Assembly (NCBI GenBank): GCA_039592975.1
Contig: JBCNQE010000009.1
Coordinates: forward strand, 98,762 to 130,761
DNA length: 32,000 nucleotides
From: Ralstonia sp.
GTDB lineage: Bacteria > Pseudomonadota > Gammaproteobacteria > Burkholderiales > Burkholderiaceae
Direction of reading: 5' to 3'
In this document: positions 18,013-25,622 of the stretch, in pieces
Numbering within the stretch: position 1 is the first letter of the stretch
How the letters are laid out: each line of letters begins with the position of its first letter
Position numbers and translations under genes: made by a program
The notes under the pieces: generated by a model
The model's database searches: none
The model's input: the letters and a program-made list of their open reading frames with translations, nothing else
What the model was told of the DNA's origin: nothing

Positions 18013-19380
18013 ATGGAAAGCTTGCTGATCCAGCGGACGACGCGCGCGCAGTTGGTCCTGGCCAGTACCGTCGCACTGTTGATCGTCCTGACCCTGGGGC
18101 TCTGCGGGCCACGTGCCAGTCTGCCGTGGCCCACCATCCCGCCTTTCATGCCGATGTGCGCGTTGACCGTCTTTACCACGGCCGTCATCGCCGCGTTTCT
18201 GCTGGGCGCGCAGTTCACCGTGACGCGGCAGCCGATGCTGGCGGCGCTCGGCGGCGCCTATGCCTTCACGGCGCTGGCCGTTGCCCTGCAACTGCTGATG
18301 TTTCCGGGCCTGTTCTCGCCCACCGGCCTATTGGGCGCGCGGCCTACCAGTGCGGTGTGGATGTGGGTCTTCTGGCATGGCGGCTTTCCATGGTTCGTGA
18401 TCGTAGCCGTGCTGGTGCGCGAGCGGGTGTCGCAAGACGCCATTCGTGCGGGCCAGGTCTACCAATGGGCCTGGCTGCTGATTGGCGGGCCGGTGGTTGT
18501 GGGCGCGCTGCTGTGCGGCTTGGCGTTGGTGGCCAACCTGCCGCCTCCGCTGGGCGAAACTCCGGCCGGCAACCCGGTGGCCGCCGCCCTGTGGACAATC
18601 AATGTCATCGCCGTGCTGGCCGTGCTGGCCAGCGGCCGCTTGCGTGCCGTACTCGATGTCTGGCTGGCGATTGCCGCACTGGCCTGCCTGACGGACACCA
18701 CCCTGAACCTGCTCAGCCCCGATCGCTTTACCGTCGGTTGGTATGTCGCCCGCTTGTTCAGCATGTTCGCGCCCGGGGTGTTGGTCTGCGTGATGGTGTG
18801 GCAAGTCACCACGCTGTACCGGCAACTGTTCGAGGCCCACGTGTCGTTGCGGCAGACCTCCATGCACGATGCACTGACCGGCCTGTACAACCGCAGCGTC
18901 TTCAACGAGCGGATCGGCGCCCACCTGCGTGCGGCACAGCGCAGCGGGCATCCGATCTCGCTGGTGATGATGGATGTGGACCACTTCAAGCGTTACAACG
19001 ACGCCTTCGGCCACCGGCGCGGCGATGCCTGCCTTGCGGCAGTGGCCACGGCGCTGGCGAGTGTGGTGCGTCGGCCAGCGGATTTCATCGCGCGCTACGG
19101 CGGAGAAGAGTTCGTCATCGTCCTGCCGGAAACGAACGCGGATGACGCGCAGTCGCTGGCCGAACGCGCCCGCGAAGCCGTACTCCGCTTGCGCATCGAA
19201 GCCGCCGCACCATCGCGCTATGTCACTGTCAGCGCCGGCTGCGCCACGGTGGCACCGGGCGCCGAACCCATCACCACCGACGTACTCGTGGAAACCGCAG
19301 ACGCTGCCCTCTACCAAGCCAAGGCCGCCGGACGCAACCTCGTGATCAGCGCTCAGGCGATGGCCGCTGCCGTGACGTAG
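18013..19380 (+). CDS. Diguanylate cyclase: N-terminal polytopic membrane sensor domain plus GGDEF domain
   Basis: Trimmed to ATG 18013 (MESLLIQ..). About 8 TM helices are followed by a GGDEF domain with an intact active site (RYGGEEF) and an I-site RxxD (RPAD) five residues upstream. Confidence 0.9.
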   Translation: MESLLIQRTTRAQLVLASTVALLIVLTLGLCGPRASLPWPTIPPFMPMCALTVFTTAVIAAFLLGAQFTVTRQPMLAALGGAYAFTALAVALQLLMFPGLFSPTGLLGARPTSAVWMWVFWHGGFPWFVIVAVLVRERVSQDAIRAGQVYQWAWLLIGGPVVVGALLCGLALVANLPPPLGETPAGNPVAAALWTINVIAVLAVLASGRLRAVLDVWLAIAALACLTDTTLNLLSPDRFTVGWYVARLFSMFAPGVLVCVMVWQVTTLYRQLFEAHVSLRQTSMHDALTGLYNRSVFNERIGAHLRAAQRSGHPISLVMMDVDHFKRYNDAFGHRRGDACLAAVATALASVVRRPADFIARYGGEEFVIVLPETNADDAQSLAERAREAVLRLRIEAAAPSRYVTVSAGCATVAPGAEPITTDVLVETADAALYQAKAAGRNLVISAQAMAAAVT

Positions 19381-19440
19381 TGCAATTCAGCGGCGCTTCC
19401 AAATGAGGCGGCACCACCCTGCCTGCTGTCTGTTTCTGTT

Positions 19441-19707
19441 TACGTTTTTGTATATATAAAGATAGTAGTAGTAGATAACGGTGGATAGTTTCTGTGGATA
19501 TCCCCAAAAAGCCCTTTAGCATCAATGACTTGTAGTGCGCACAACCCATCGGACCGAATGTGTGCCGGTGTGGATGAGTGGGGTAACTCGCATCCACGGC
19601 CATCTGCGTGTGGACAAGTTGTTCGCGCACCATCGACATTCCACCCCCGCAAAACCAACACGCTTGTCCGATAAGTTATTCACAGAGGGAGGTGGGAGTT
19701 ATCCACA
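19441..19707. promoter_or_regulatory. AT-rich tract followed by a second cluster of DnaA-box-like 9-mers
   Basis: AT-rich tract 19441-19480 (tacgtttttgtatatataaagatagtagtagtagataa). Boxes in TGTGGATAA orientation: aGTaGATAA 19470, gGTGGATAg 19480, TGTGGATAt 19493, TGTGGATgA 19569, TGTGGAcAA 19609. Boxes in the opposite orientation: TTATtCACA 19676 and a perfect TTATCCACA at 19699-19707. Confidence 0.5.
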
Positions 19708-19872
19708 GCGGGGCCGGTTGTTTGGCGGGCGCAGTACCGACAAGCGATGGGAGATGGCCGACGCTAGAATCCCCGCCTGCTCGCCGCCCTCGGGGAGGCG
19801 CACCGTGGGCTCGCGACGCGCTTGGAGCAAAAGATCGGGCTTTATCCTTCGGGGGCGTGAAGACTGCGCAGT

Positions 19873-20121
19873 TCAGCTATTACGCCGATCGGGTGAAACC
19901 GGCTTGCCTCTGTCATATAGCTCTTGCGTGATCTCGTCACCGAACCTGAGGGCTTCGTTGTAAAGGTTGCTGTCGTGAGGAATCGGCCCAAATTCCCTTT
20001 CGCCGTAAAACTTGCGGTAGACCTTTCCCTCGGCGTGGTCCCAACGGAACATCACCTCCTCGAAGGGGTAGTCCACAAAGACGTCCGCACGCGCGAACCG
20101 CTCGCCTTTATTGATTCCCAT
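19873..20121 (-). CDS. Hypothetical small protein (82 aa)
   Basis: Third-position G+C is clearly higher downstream of ATG 20121 than in the upstream part of the ORF (counted by hand), so the short form is preferred. An ATG at 20310 with an AAGGG RBS is an alternative start. No recognisable motif. Confidence 0.45.
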   Translation of the reverse strand: MGINKGERFARADVFVDYPFEEVMFRWDHAEGKVYRKFYGEREFGPIPHDSNLYNEALRFGDEITQELYDRGKPVSPDRRNS

Positions 20122-20608
20122 AGCGGGGATTCCAGCCGTAAGTTGGTTTCTGCAAGATTCGGCACGGGGCCGACATGTATTTCGATGCGACTCGGCCCTT
20201 ACCGAATTGAGTGCCGATTGATCGTCGATCAGTTTGATTGCGCTATCCCATCGCTGGGCGCCAGCATGGTCCCCTTTGAGGAATCGACAAAGAAAAAGGG
20301 CCTGGCGCATTGCCAAGCCCTTTGACCTTTGGATGGTGGACCGAAGGGCAACCGAACAACCTCAAGAAAGCCTTGTGGTTAAGCCAATCTTTGGCTCGAC
20401 CTCCATAACTTGCCCCCAAAATTGCCCCCTAGCGTTCTGCGTTGCCACCAACGGCTCGCTAGTGTCTAGAAAAGCCGGGGCGATTCATCTGACTACCTAC
20501 TTCCGACCCTCAGCCCCCATTCAACTCATCAGCCTGAGAACTCTCTTCACCGCCTTAACAGGCCGGTCGCAAACTGCGCTCCCGATCCGTCACCATGCCA
20601 AGCGCACT

Positions 20609-22330
20609 CTAGCTGTCCGAAACAAGTGCCGCGAATTCCTTGTGCTGATTGGCGACGCTGCTCGCGTATTGCAACACTGCAATTTTGCTCGCGACCGCTT
20701 CCAGATACTTGTCTTCTGCGATGGAATTGCTGAGATCCGCCGGCGTGACAATGGTTGTCACGAAAGCAGTCAGTCCCGTAACGACCGGAAGCCATCGGGC
20801 GACCAGTTCGATGAGACTGTTATCTTTGGCCTGCGCAGCATCGGGCGAAAACGCGACTGTAAGCGGGTCGACCTTTCGGCCAATTACCGTTTCAAGCGTC
20901 TGGGCCATCAGCGCGATCAAAAACGGCTTCGAACGGAGGTTTCTGAGGAGGGCAAGCTGATTGCTTTCGACCGAAAGAATGGTCCCACTCGTGGACTTGG
21001 CTTTGAGCTGCAACCGCAGATCGTCGATTGCGCGTGCGAGCGTGTAGACGAACAGGATATGGCGAGCCTTCTTACCTTCGAAGGCATTCTGATAAAGCGG
21101 TCTGCGGTCAAATATCTGGTTCTTACCGCGCGCCGCGTCCTGCGGCCGGCCGTGGAATGCCAGCAGGGGCTGCGCCACTTCCTCTATCCCAATCTGATCA
21201 CCTTGTACTCGAAAGCCGCGCTTGCGCACGTAGTTGTGCCCGATCGTGGTGAACTCGCCTGCGATGCGGTTTTGCTCCGAATCGTTACTGTATTGGTCCC
21301 ACGTTGTGATCTCGTTCTGAGTATTGTTGTACTTGACGATGTCGCCGATAGTCTCAGGATCCGTGGACTGTATGACTCGACACAAGACTTTCACATCTTT
21401 CAGATCGTTCTTTGTTGCGTCAACGGAACCTAGCGAGCCGGTAGTCTGCGCTCCGTTGATGATCGACATGCCAGTCAGCTTTGTCTGCCCGTCTTTCGTA
21501 TCGCTCTTGCCGAGTGTTATCAGCGTGATCCCGTTATTGAAGACCCAGAAGTCCGCTGGTTTAGTTTCCGCCGTCTGGCGGATTCCAGTGTTGATCCGCT
21601 TCCTCCGGCTTATGCCGAGGAATCCCCGGTAATTCGCAGAAAACAGGTCGTCGCCGTACCTTGCATACAACTCGTGCAACCACGTGCCAGGCACCGACAT
21701 GACAGCGGCTTCCCATTTCGGTCCAGTTTCGGTGAATGCGATCTTGGCTGGACATACCAGTTCGTCTTTCACCTGAATCTGGGATTCCTGACTTGCGAAA
21801 AGGTGCTCGATGCGCGCCGCTCCCAGTTCTCGTGCCGTAACACTAACCGCCCATTCACCATCGAGCGAATTCTTGAAGTGGGCTGCGGCCGTCTGCAGTT
21901 CCTTCGCTACGTTTACTGATTCCGGATAGTTGTGCACATAGAGCAACTCAACGCTATCAACCTCTCCGTTGGCCAGCGCTTCCCGGCATTCAGTAATGGC
22001 GGCCTGCAACGACGGCGGGACCTGGCTTACATCGCCTGAAAGCAGCCATGCGCTGGCAGTGTTGAGGTCCGAAGCCTTGTTGGCGGGCGCGGCATCTTTC
22101 TTCCCCACGCCCAAATATCCTTGAGCAAACAAGATTCGACGACTATCACGGTCGATGTAAATCAGGTCGATTTTCTTGTCGTCGGGTCCGTCAGTGAGCG
22201 CCTCGGAGGCAAGCGCCTCAATATCCGGCTCTTCTAGGTACATTGCTACAACCCAGACAAGATAAGCGTTGCCTTCGCCCAAGCTGCGGATCAGATTCTC
22301 GTTTGCCTTAAATGCGTCGATATATGCCAT
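20609..22330 (-). CDS. AIPR-family abortive-infection phage-resistance protein
   Basis: AAGGAG RBS 5 nt before ATG 22330. The 573-aa product has the central motifs I associate with the AIPR family (..FWVFNNGITLITL.. and ..SIINGAQTTGSL..). Confidence 0.75.
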   Translation of the reverse strand: MAYIDAFKANENLIRSLGEGNAYLVWVVAMYLEEPDIEALASEALTDGPDDKKIDLIYIDRDSRRILFAQGYLGVGKKDAAPANKASDLNTASAWLLSGDVSQVPPSLQAAITECREALANGEVDSVELLYVHNYPESVNVAKELQTAAAHFKNSLDGEWAVSVTARELGAARIEHLFASQESQIQVKDELVCPAKIAFTETGPKWEAAVMSVPGTWLHELYARYGDDLFSANYRGFLGISRRKRINTGIRQTAETKPADFWVFNNGITLITLGKSDTKDGQTKLTGMSIINGAQTTGSLGSVDATKNDLKDVKVLCRVIQSTDPETIGDIVKYNNTQNEITTWDQYSNDSEQNRIAGEFTTIGHNYVRKRGFRVQGDQIGIEEVAQPLLAFHGRPQDAARGKNQIFDRRPLYQNAFEGKKARHILFVYTLARAIDDLRLQLKAKSTSGTILSVESNQLALLRNLRSKPFLIALMAQTLETVIGRKVDPLTVAFSPDAAQAKDNSLIELVARWLPVVTGLTAFVTTIVTPADLSNSIAEDKYLEAVASKIAVLQYASSVANQHKEFAALVSDS

Positions 22331-22528
22331 ACGAGCTCCTTTGGCGTGTTATCACTGGCGTCTGTTCACATATGCACTTGCGCACGTTGGCCCGAGCGGG
22401 GCGCCAGATGTGAGAAGGACGCCGTTTGCTGCGGGTCGTTCACGCCAGCAATGCAGATGGCCCCAATTGAGTCGACCCAGAGGGCAACGGTCATGTGCTC
22501 CACATGTCAACTTCCATCGCCAGAGCTT

Positions 22529-23104
22529 TCATGTCTGTCCTGTCATTTTGAGTAGAGCCATGTGTTTGGCGTGGCGTGCAAAGTTCGCATCTTGAATTGC
22601 TGTCTCACCCTCTAGCGCATGGATGTATTGAGGTGGTAGGCCGTGCTGACGGGCGCCTGCAATCACAAGCTCCTTGTACCAAGTGTATGGCTTGAGCATC
22701 GGGTCGAACGCCGTCGCGTAGTAGAGCGATGCGATCGCTGTGCCGTCCTTGAACGTAACTTCGACCTGACGCTCAGAATAGCCAGAACCCAGCCCTTCTG
22801 CCTGATCGAGCGCGGCCTTTTCCGACCGAGCCAGCTCGTACAGAACGCCATAGACAGAGTCTCCGTCGGCAGCCGCGACAACATCACACTTGCCGGACCC
22901 ATCTTTGCTCGCCTTGTGCCAGCGCAGTTGATGTCCGATGAGAACTGCTACGCCAAGAGCGCGGGCTGAACGCACTCGTTCGCAGATACGAGTCGTCAGC
23001 ATATTCGAGCCGTAGGCGAAGTAGAGTATCGAGCGCCAGGCCGCATCCGGCGTGGAGAAGGATGGATCAGGCTTCAATCTTCGTTTTTCCTTTCCTGCGT
23101 GCAT
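22529..23104 (-). CDS. Gamma-glutamylcyclotransferase (GGCT / AIG2_2 family) protein, third gene of the operon
   Basis: YFAYGSNMLTTRI, LDQAEGLGSGY (catalytic-Glu context) and the C-terminal ..YKELVIAGARQHGLPPQYIHALE.. are colinear with human GGCT (FLYFAYGSNLLTERI, LDEQEGV, GAKENGLPLEYQEKLK). The start overlaps the upstream gene by 38 nt (11 nt if TTG 23077 is used). Confidence 0.85.
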   Translation of the reverse strand: MHAGKEKRRLKPDPSFSTPDAAWRSILYFAYGSNMLTTRICERVRSARALGVAVLIGHQLRWHKASKDGSGKCDVVAAADGDSVYGVLYELARSEKAALDQAEGLGSGYSERQVEVTFKDGTAIASLYYATAFDPMLKPYTWYKELVIAGARQHGLPPQYIHALEGETAIQDANFARHAKHMALLKMTGQT

Positions 23105-23804
23105 TTGACCGCAACGCTCGTAGTTGCTGGTTCAGCTTCTTACGGTCGAACAGCTTGTACTGGACACTCTGGCTGGAATGCCGACAGGCCAGGGACAGTT
23201 CCGACGGTGTTTCACCCAGCCATGCAACGACGGCATTGACGGTCTCGCCGGTGCGAAGCCACGCCTGCGCTGCGATATCGAGAATCTCCTCTTCAAATGG
23301 CGGCACTCGCCAGACTCTGTGAATGCAGGGGAGGGAATCGTCATCCTTCGCTAGGATCTGCAAAAAGTCGCCGTGCTTGACCGCGTGATGCAGGTAGCGA
23401 AGCATTGCGTGGTCACTGTCCTCCAAGGGGTGCACGGGGAAGGTCAGTCCGAGCTTGAAACCCCGGCCTTCAGTGATGCCGATGCTACCGTGGCTGTTGG
23501 GCACCAGCATCCCCCGGTGCACCACGAAATCCCGCTGGTCGGCCAGAAACCGCATCAATGGATCCGCAGTCAGCTTCTCCCTTTCCTGCCGGTACCACTT
23601 ATTGAACCCCTTGTGATTCTGCAGACTCATTTGGAGGAGCTGCGGCACCTCCTTGATGGATTTGAGGAAGGCATTGAGGTGCCATCGGAACGGATCCGCA
23701 AAGTGGTAATACTGCTCAAGCGTGTGAATCCAGAAATGGGCTTCACGAAACCGGTCGACTGCGGATTCGATCGCGGTCAGTGGTTGGGGAGAGTGGGCTG
23801 GCAT
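23067..23804 (-). CDS. Hypothetical protein with HEPN-type Rx4H motif (245 aa), second gene of the operon
   Basis: It starts 9 nt after the upstream stop. No family recognised. Residues 91-96 (RDFVVH) match the R-x4-H HEPN RNase signature within a predicted helical N-terminal half (..EAHFWIHTLEQYYHFADPFRWHLNAFLKSIKEV..). Confidence 0.4.
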   Translation of the reverse strand: MPAHSPQPLTAIESAVDRFREAHFWIHTLEQYYHFADPFRWHLNAFLKSIKEVPQLLQMSLQNHKGFNKWYRQEREKLTADPLMRFLADQRDFVVHRGMLVPNSHGSIGITEGRGFKLGLTFPVHPLEDSDHAMLRYLHHAVKHGDFLQILAKDDDSLPCIHRVWRVPPFEEEILDIAAQAWLRTGETVNAVVAWLGETPSELSLACRHSSQSVQYKLFDRKKLNQQLRALRSNARRKGKTKIEA

Positions 23805-23813
23805 GGGGGCACT

Positions 23814-24344
23814 CTACCGCGTTGCCGGTGGCGGACAGGTAGTGACAGCGCGGTTGCGATCACGTCGTGCCTTTAGTGGTTGGCATCGACCAGAGCAGTC
23901 GCTACTGGTCTGCAGTACGCCCAAAGTAGACGGCCTGAGCACGGAGACCTTTCGTGCCCATTCCACGAGAGCAAGGGCCTCAGCGCGTTCCACTCCAGAA
24001 AATGCATCGAGCACGAATCTAGTGCGCCCGCCATAGACGCGTCGGGCGAGGTTTGGAGCCACGCTACCTAATTCTGGACCATTGGCATCCAGCAGTAGGA
24101 AGTGCTCAAACGTAACGATGTCGCCGCGACGACCTTTACCCCCTGAGCTGCGTCGAGGGCCAACACCAATCCAGGTCAGCTTCCGGGAAATACCGAACCT
24201 TTGGGGCCCAGTACCGATGCCACCGACGCCGATCACAGCGTCAAAGCGAAGGTTGCGGACGTTTCCCATGCAGTCGTTGATACCGAAGCGCCCGAAGCAA
24301 TCGGGATCGCCCGTGTGCGTTCGCTTGTAGATCAAGATGCGCAT
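23814..24344 (-). CDS. Hypothetical protein (176 aa), first gene of the operon
   Basis: GGAGG RBS 8 nt before ATG 24344. The N-terminus (MRILIYKRTHTGDPD..FDAVIGVGGIGTGP) suggests a small alpha/beta ligand-binding fold. No family recognised. Confidence 0.5.
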   Translation of the reverse strand: MRILIYKRTHTGDPDCFGRFGINDCMGNVRNLRFDAVIGVGGIGTGPQRFGISRKLTWIGVGPRRSSGGKGRRGDIVTFEHFLLLDANGPELGSVAPNLARRVYGGRTRFVLDAFSGVERAEALALVEWARKVSVLRPSTLGVLQTSSDCSGRCQPLKARRDRNRAVTTCPPPATR

Positions 24345-24577
24345 CCGCCGTACCTCCGTTGTCGCTCCATCGCCTAGTTAGTCGCCTGTGGCGAGATGGC
24401 CGGTTCAGGCATATGCCTCTTAGCGCCACGCCCTAAAGGAGCTCGCAGTTTGCGAACACCGTGCGCGGCGAAACGGTCGAGCTCGGAACCTCACCCGGCC
24501 AAAAGGCACTTCAAATTGAGGGCCCCTTTGGGACCAACCTAGCACGCTCCGGGGGGACACAGGCAAAAAACACCCGT

Positions 24578-24853
24578 GAAACCGTGGCATGCCGCTCCCA
24601 TCGCCCGCAAAGCCTTACGCTACAACGAATTTGCCTCCCACGGAATGCCACGAAATGGGGTGTGGCACGCCTCCAATTCCGTGGCCTAAAAAATAGGCAA
24701 CCCCTCGAAACCGTGGCACGCCCCTTCCCTCCTTTTCTTTCTCTTTCTCTTTGATTTTTAAAGGAAAAAAGGAAAGAAGTAGGGGCGACTGGCAACATGG
24801 GCCGTGTGGCGGATCGGCGCGAAACCGTGGCATTTTGTGGCAAAACCGTGGCG
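24578..24853 (+). repeat. Iteron-like direct repeats (G/A)AAACCGTGGC(A/G) flanking a polypyrimidine/polypurine AT-rich tract
   Basis: GAAACCGTGGCA occurs at 24578, 24707 and 24821, and AAAACCGTGGCG at 24842. Shorter (C)CGTGGC / TGTGGCA cores occur at 24661, 24679, 24803 and 24836. An inverted TGCCACG is at 24646, and the inverted repeat CACGGAAT (24640) / ATTCCGTG (24676) spans it. The tract ccttccctccttttctttctctttctctttgatttttaaaggaaaaaaggaaagaag lies at 24721-24779. Confidence 0.7.
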
Positions 24854-25085
24854 CCGCTTTCGTTATAAATCAAAGAGTTAGGTGAGGGTCCACACGGAGC
24901 CACGGGTTTTTCAGTTTGCGTGTGTCCGGGTGTCCGTCGCGCTCCCTCGGGCGGCGACCCTCGGAGACGCTAAGAGCAGGTCTGAACAACATTCAATTGT
25001 CATCCGCCCGGTGCTACCCCAAAGTGTCGGCCGCCGTTCTTACTGGACGGCAATGACTTTGGCGCTACGGAGATGGAGGTCGATA

Positions 25086-25622
25086 TTGCGAGCTTGCGCA
25101 GTTCTGGGCGATAGGACGACGACGGGAGGCACGGTAATCACCGCCGGCGCAGGCTCGTTCATGACTATCGATGGCAAGCCCGCTGCGCTCTGGGGCGACA
25201 TTGCTACGTGCCCTGCATGCAAATCAACCGGGAAAATCACCGGCGAAACCTTCCCCATCCAGACCGTCAACGGTGTTCCGGTAGCTCGGCACTACGACCT
25301 CGTGTTGTGCAAGTGTCCGAAGAAGCCGCGGCTGATAGCTCCGGGAGTGAATATGGTGGCGGATGAGGTCCATGGCACGGGCGGGACGGGAAACGTCAGC
25401 GACGCTGCGGAGGTGATGGCGTTTGCCACGCATGCATTCGACCAGCGCGCGCAGCTGCTTGATGCGGAAACGCAGCAGCCCCTTGCTGGCAAGCGCTACC
25501 GTATAACGTGGTCGGGTGGAACCATCGAAGGCATCACGAGCGCGTCCGGGCATACGATGGCCGTTCGCAGCGACCAGGCGGAGACTGCAGAGATTCATGT
25601 TCTGACGGATGAACAAGCATGA
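25086..25622 (+). CDS. PAAR-domain protein with C-terminal transthyretin-like (TTR) extension (T6SS spike tip/adaptor)
   Basis: TTG 25086 lies 6 nt after GGAGGT; an in-frame ATG at 25053 is the alternative start. The N-terminus (..LGDRTTTGGTVITAG..) and two PAAR-type repeats (IDGKPAALWGD, VNGVPVARHYD) are present, with a Cys cluster (CPACKSTG, CKCP). The C-terminus (..FDQRAQLLDAETQQPLAGKRYRITWSGGTIEGITSASGHT..) resembles the TTR extensions of PAAR proteins. Confidence 0.8.
   Translation: MRACAVLGDRTTTGGTVITAGAGSFMTIDGKPAALWGDIATCPACKSTGKITGETFPIQTVNGVPVARHYDLVLCKCPKKPRLIAPGVNMVADEVHGTGGTGNVSDAAEVMAFATHAFDQRAQLLDAETQQPLAGKRYRITWSGGTIEGITSASGHTMAVRSDQAETAEIHVLTDEQA

Noticed and set aside
19441-19707. 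Calling this DnaA-box/AT-rich region the chromosomal oriC.
   Set aside because: No dnaA, dnaN, rpmH, gidA or parAB context exists anywhere in the window. Only one box is a perfect consensus, and the AT-rich tract is short. It is kept as an observation rather than an origin call.
19700-19786. A complete tRNA gene ending at the tRNA-like 3' segment.
   Set aside because: The upstream bases cannot form a T-stem (CGACG against the required CGGGG) or a complementary acceptor 5' strand. No D or anticodon arm could be drawn, so only a partial 3' remnant is proposed.
24461-24903. ORFs of 97 aa (+), 130 aa (-) and 72 aa (-) across the repeat field, and the possibility that the repeats form a CRISPR array.
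   Set aside because: The ORFs are translated repeats and homopolymer tracts with no RBS. The repeats are only 12 nt with irregular spacing (21-129 bp) and no cas genes, which is incompatible with CRISPR architecture.
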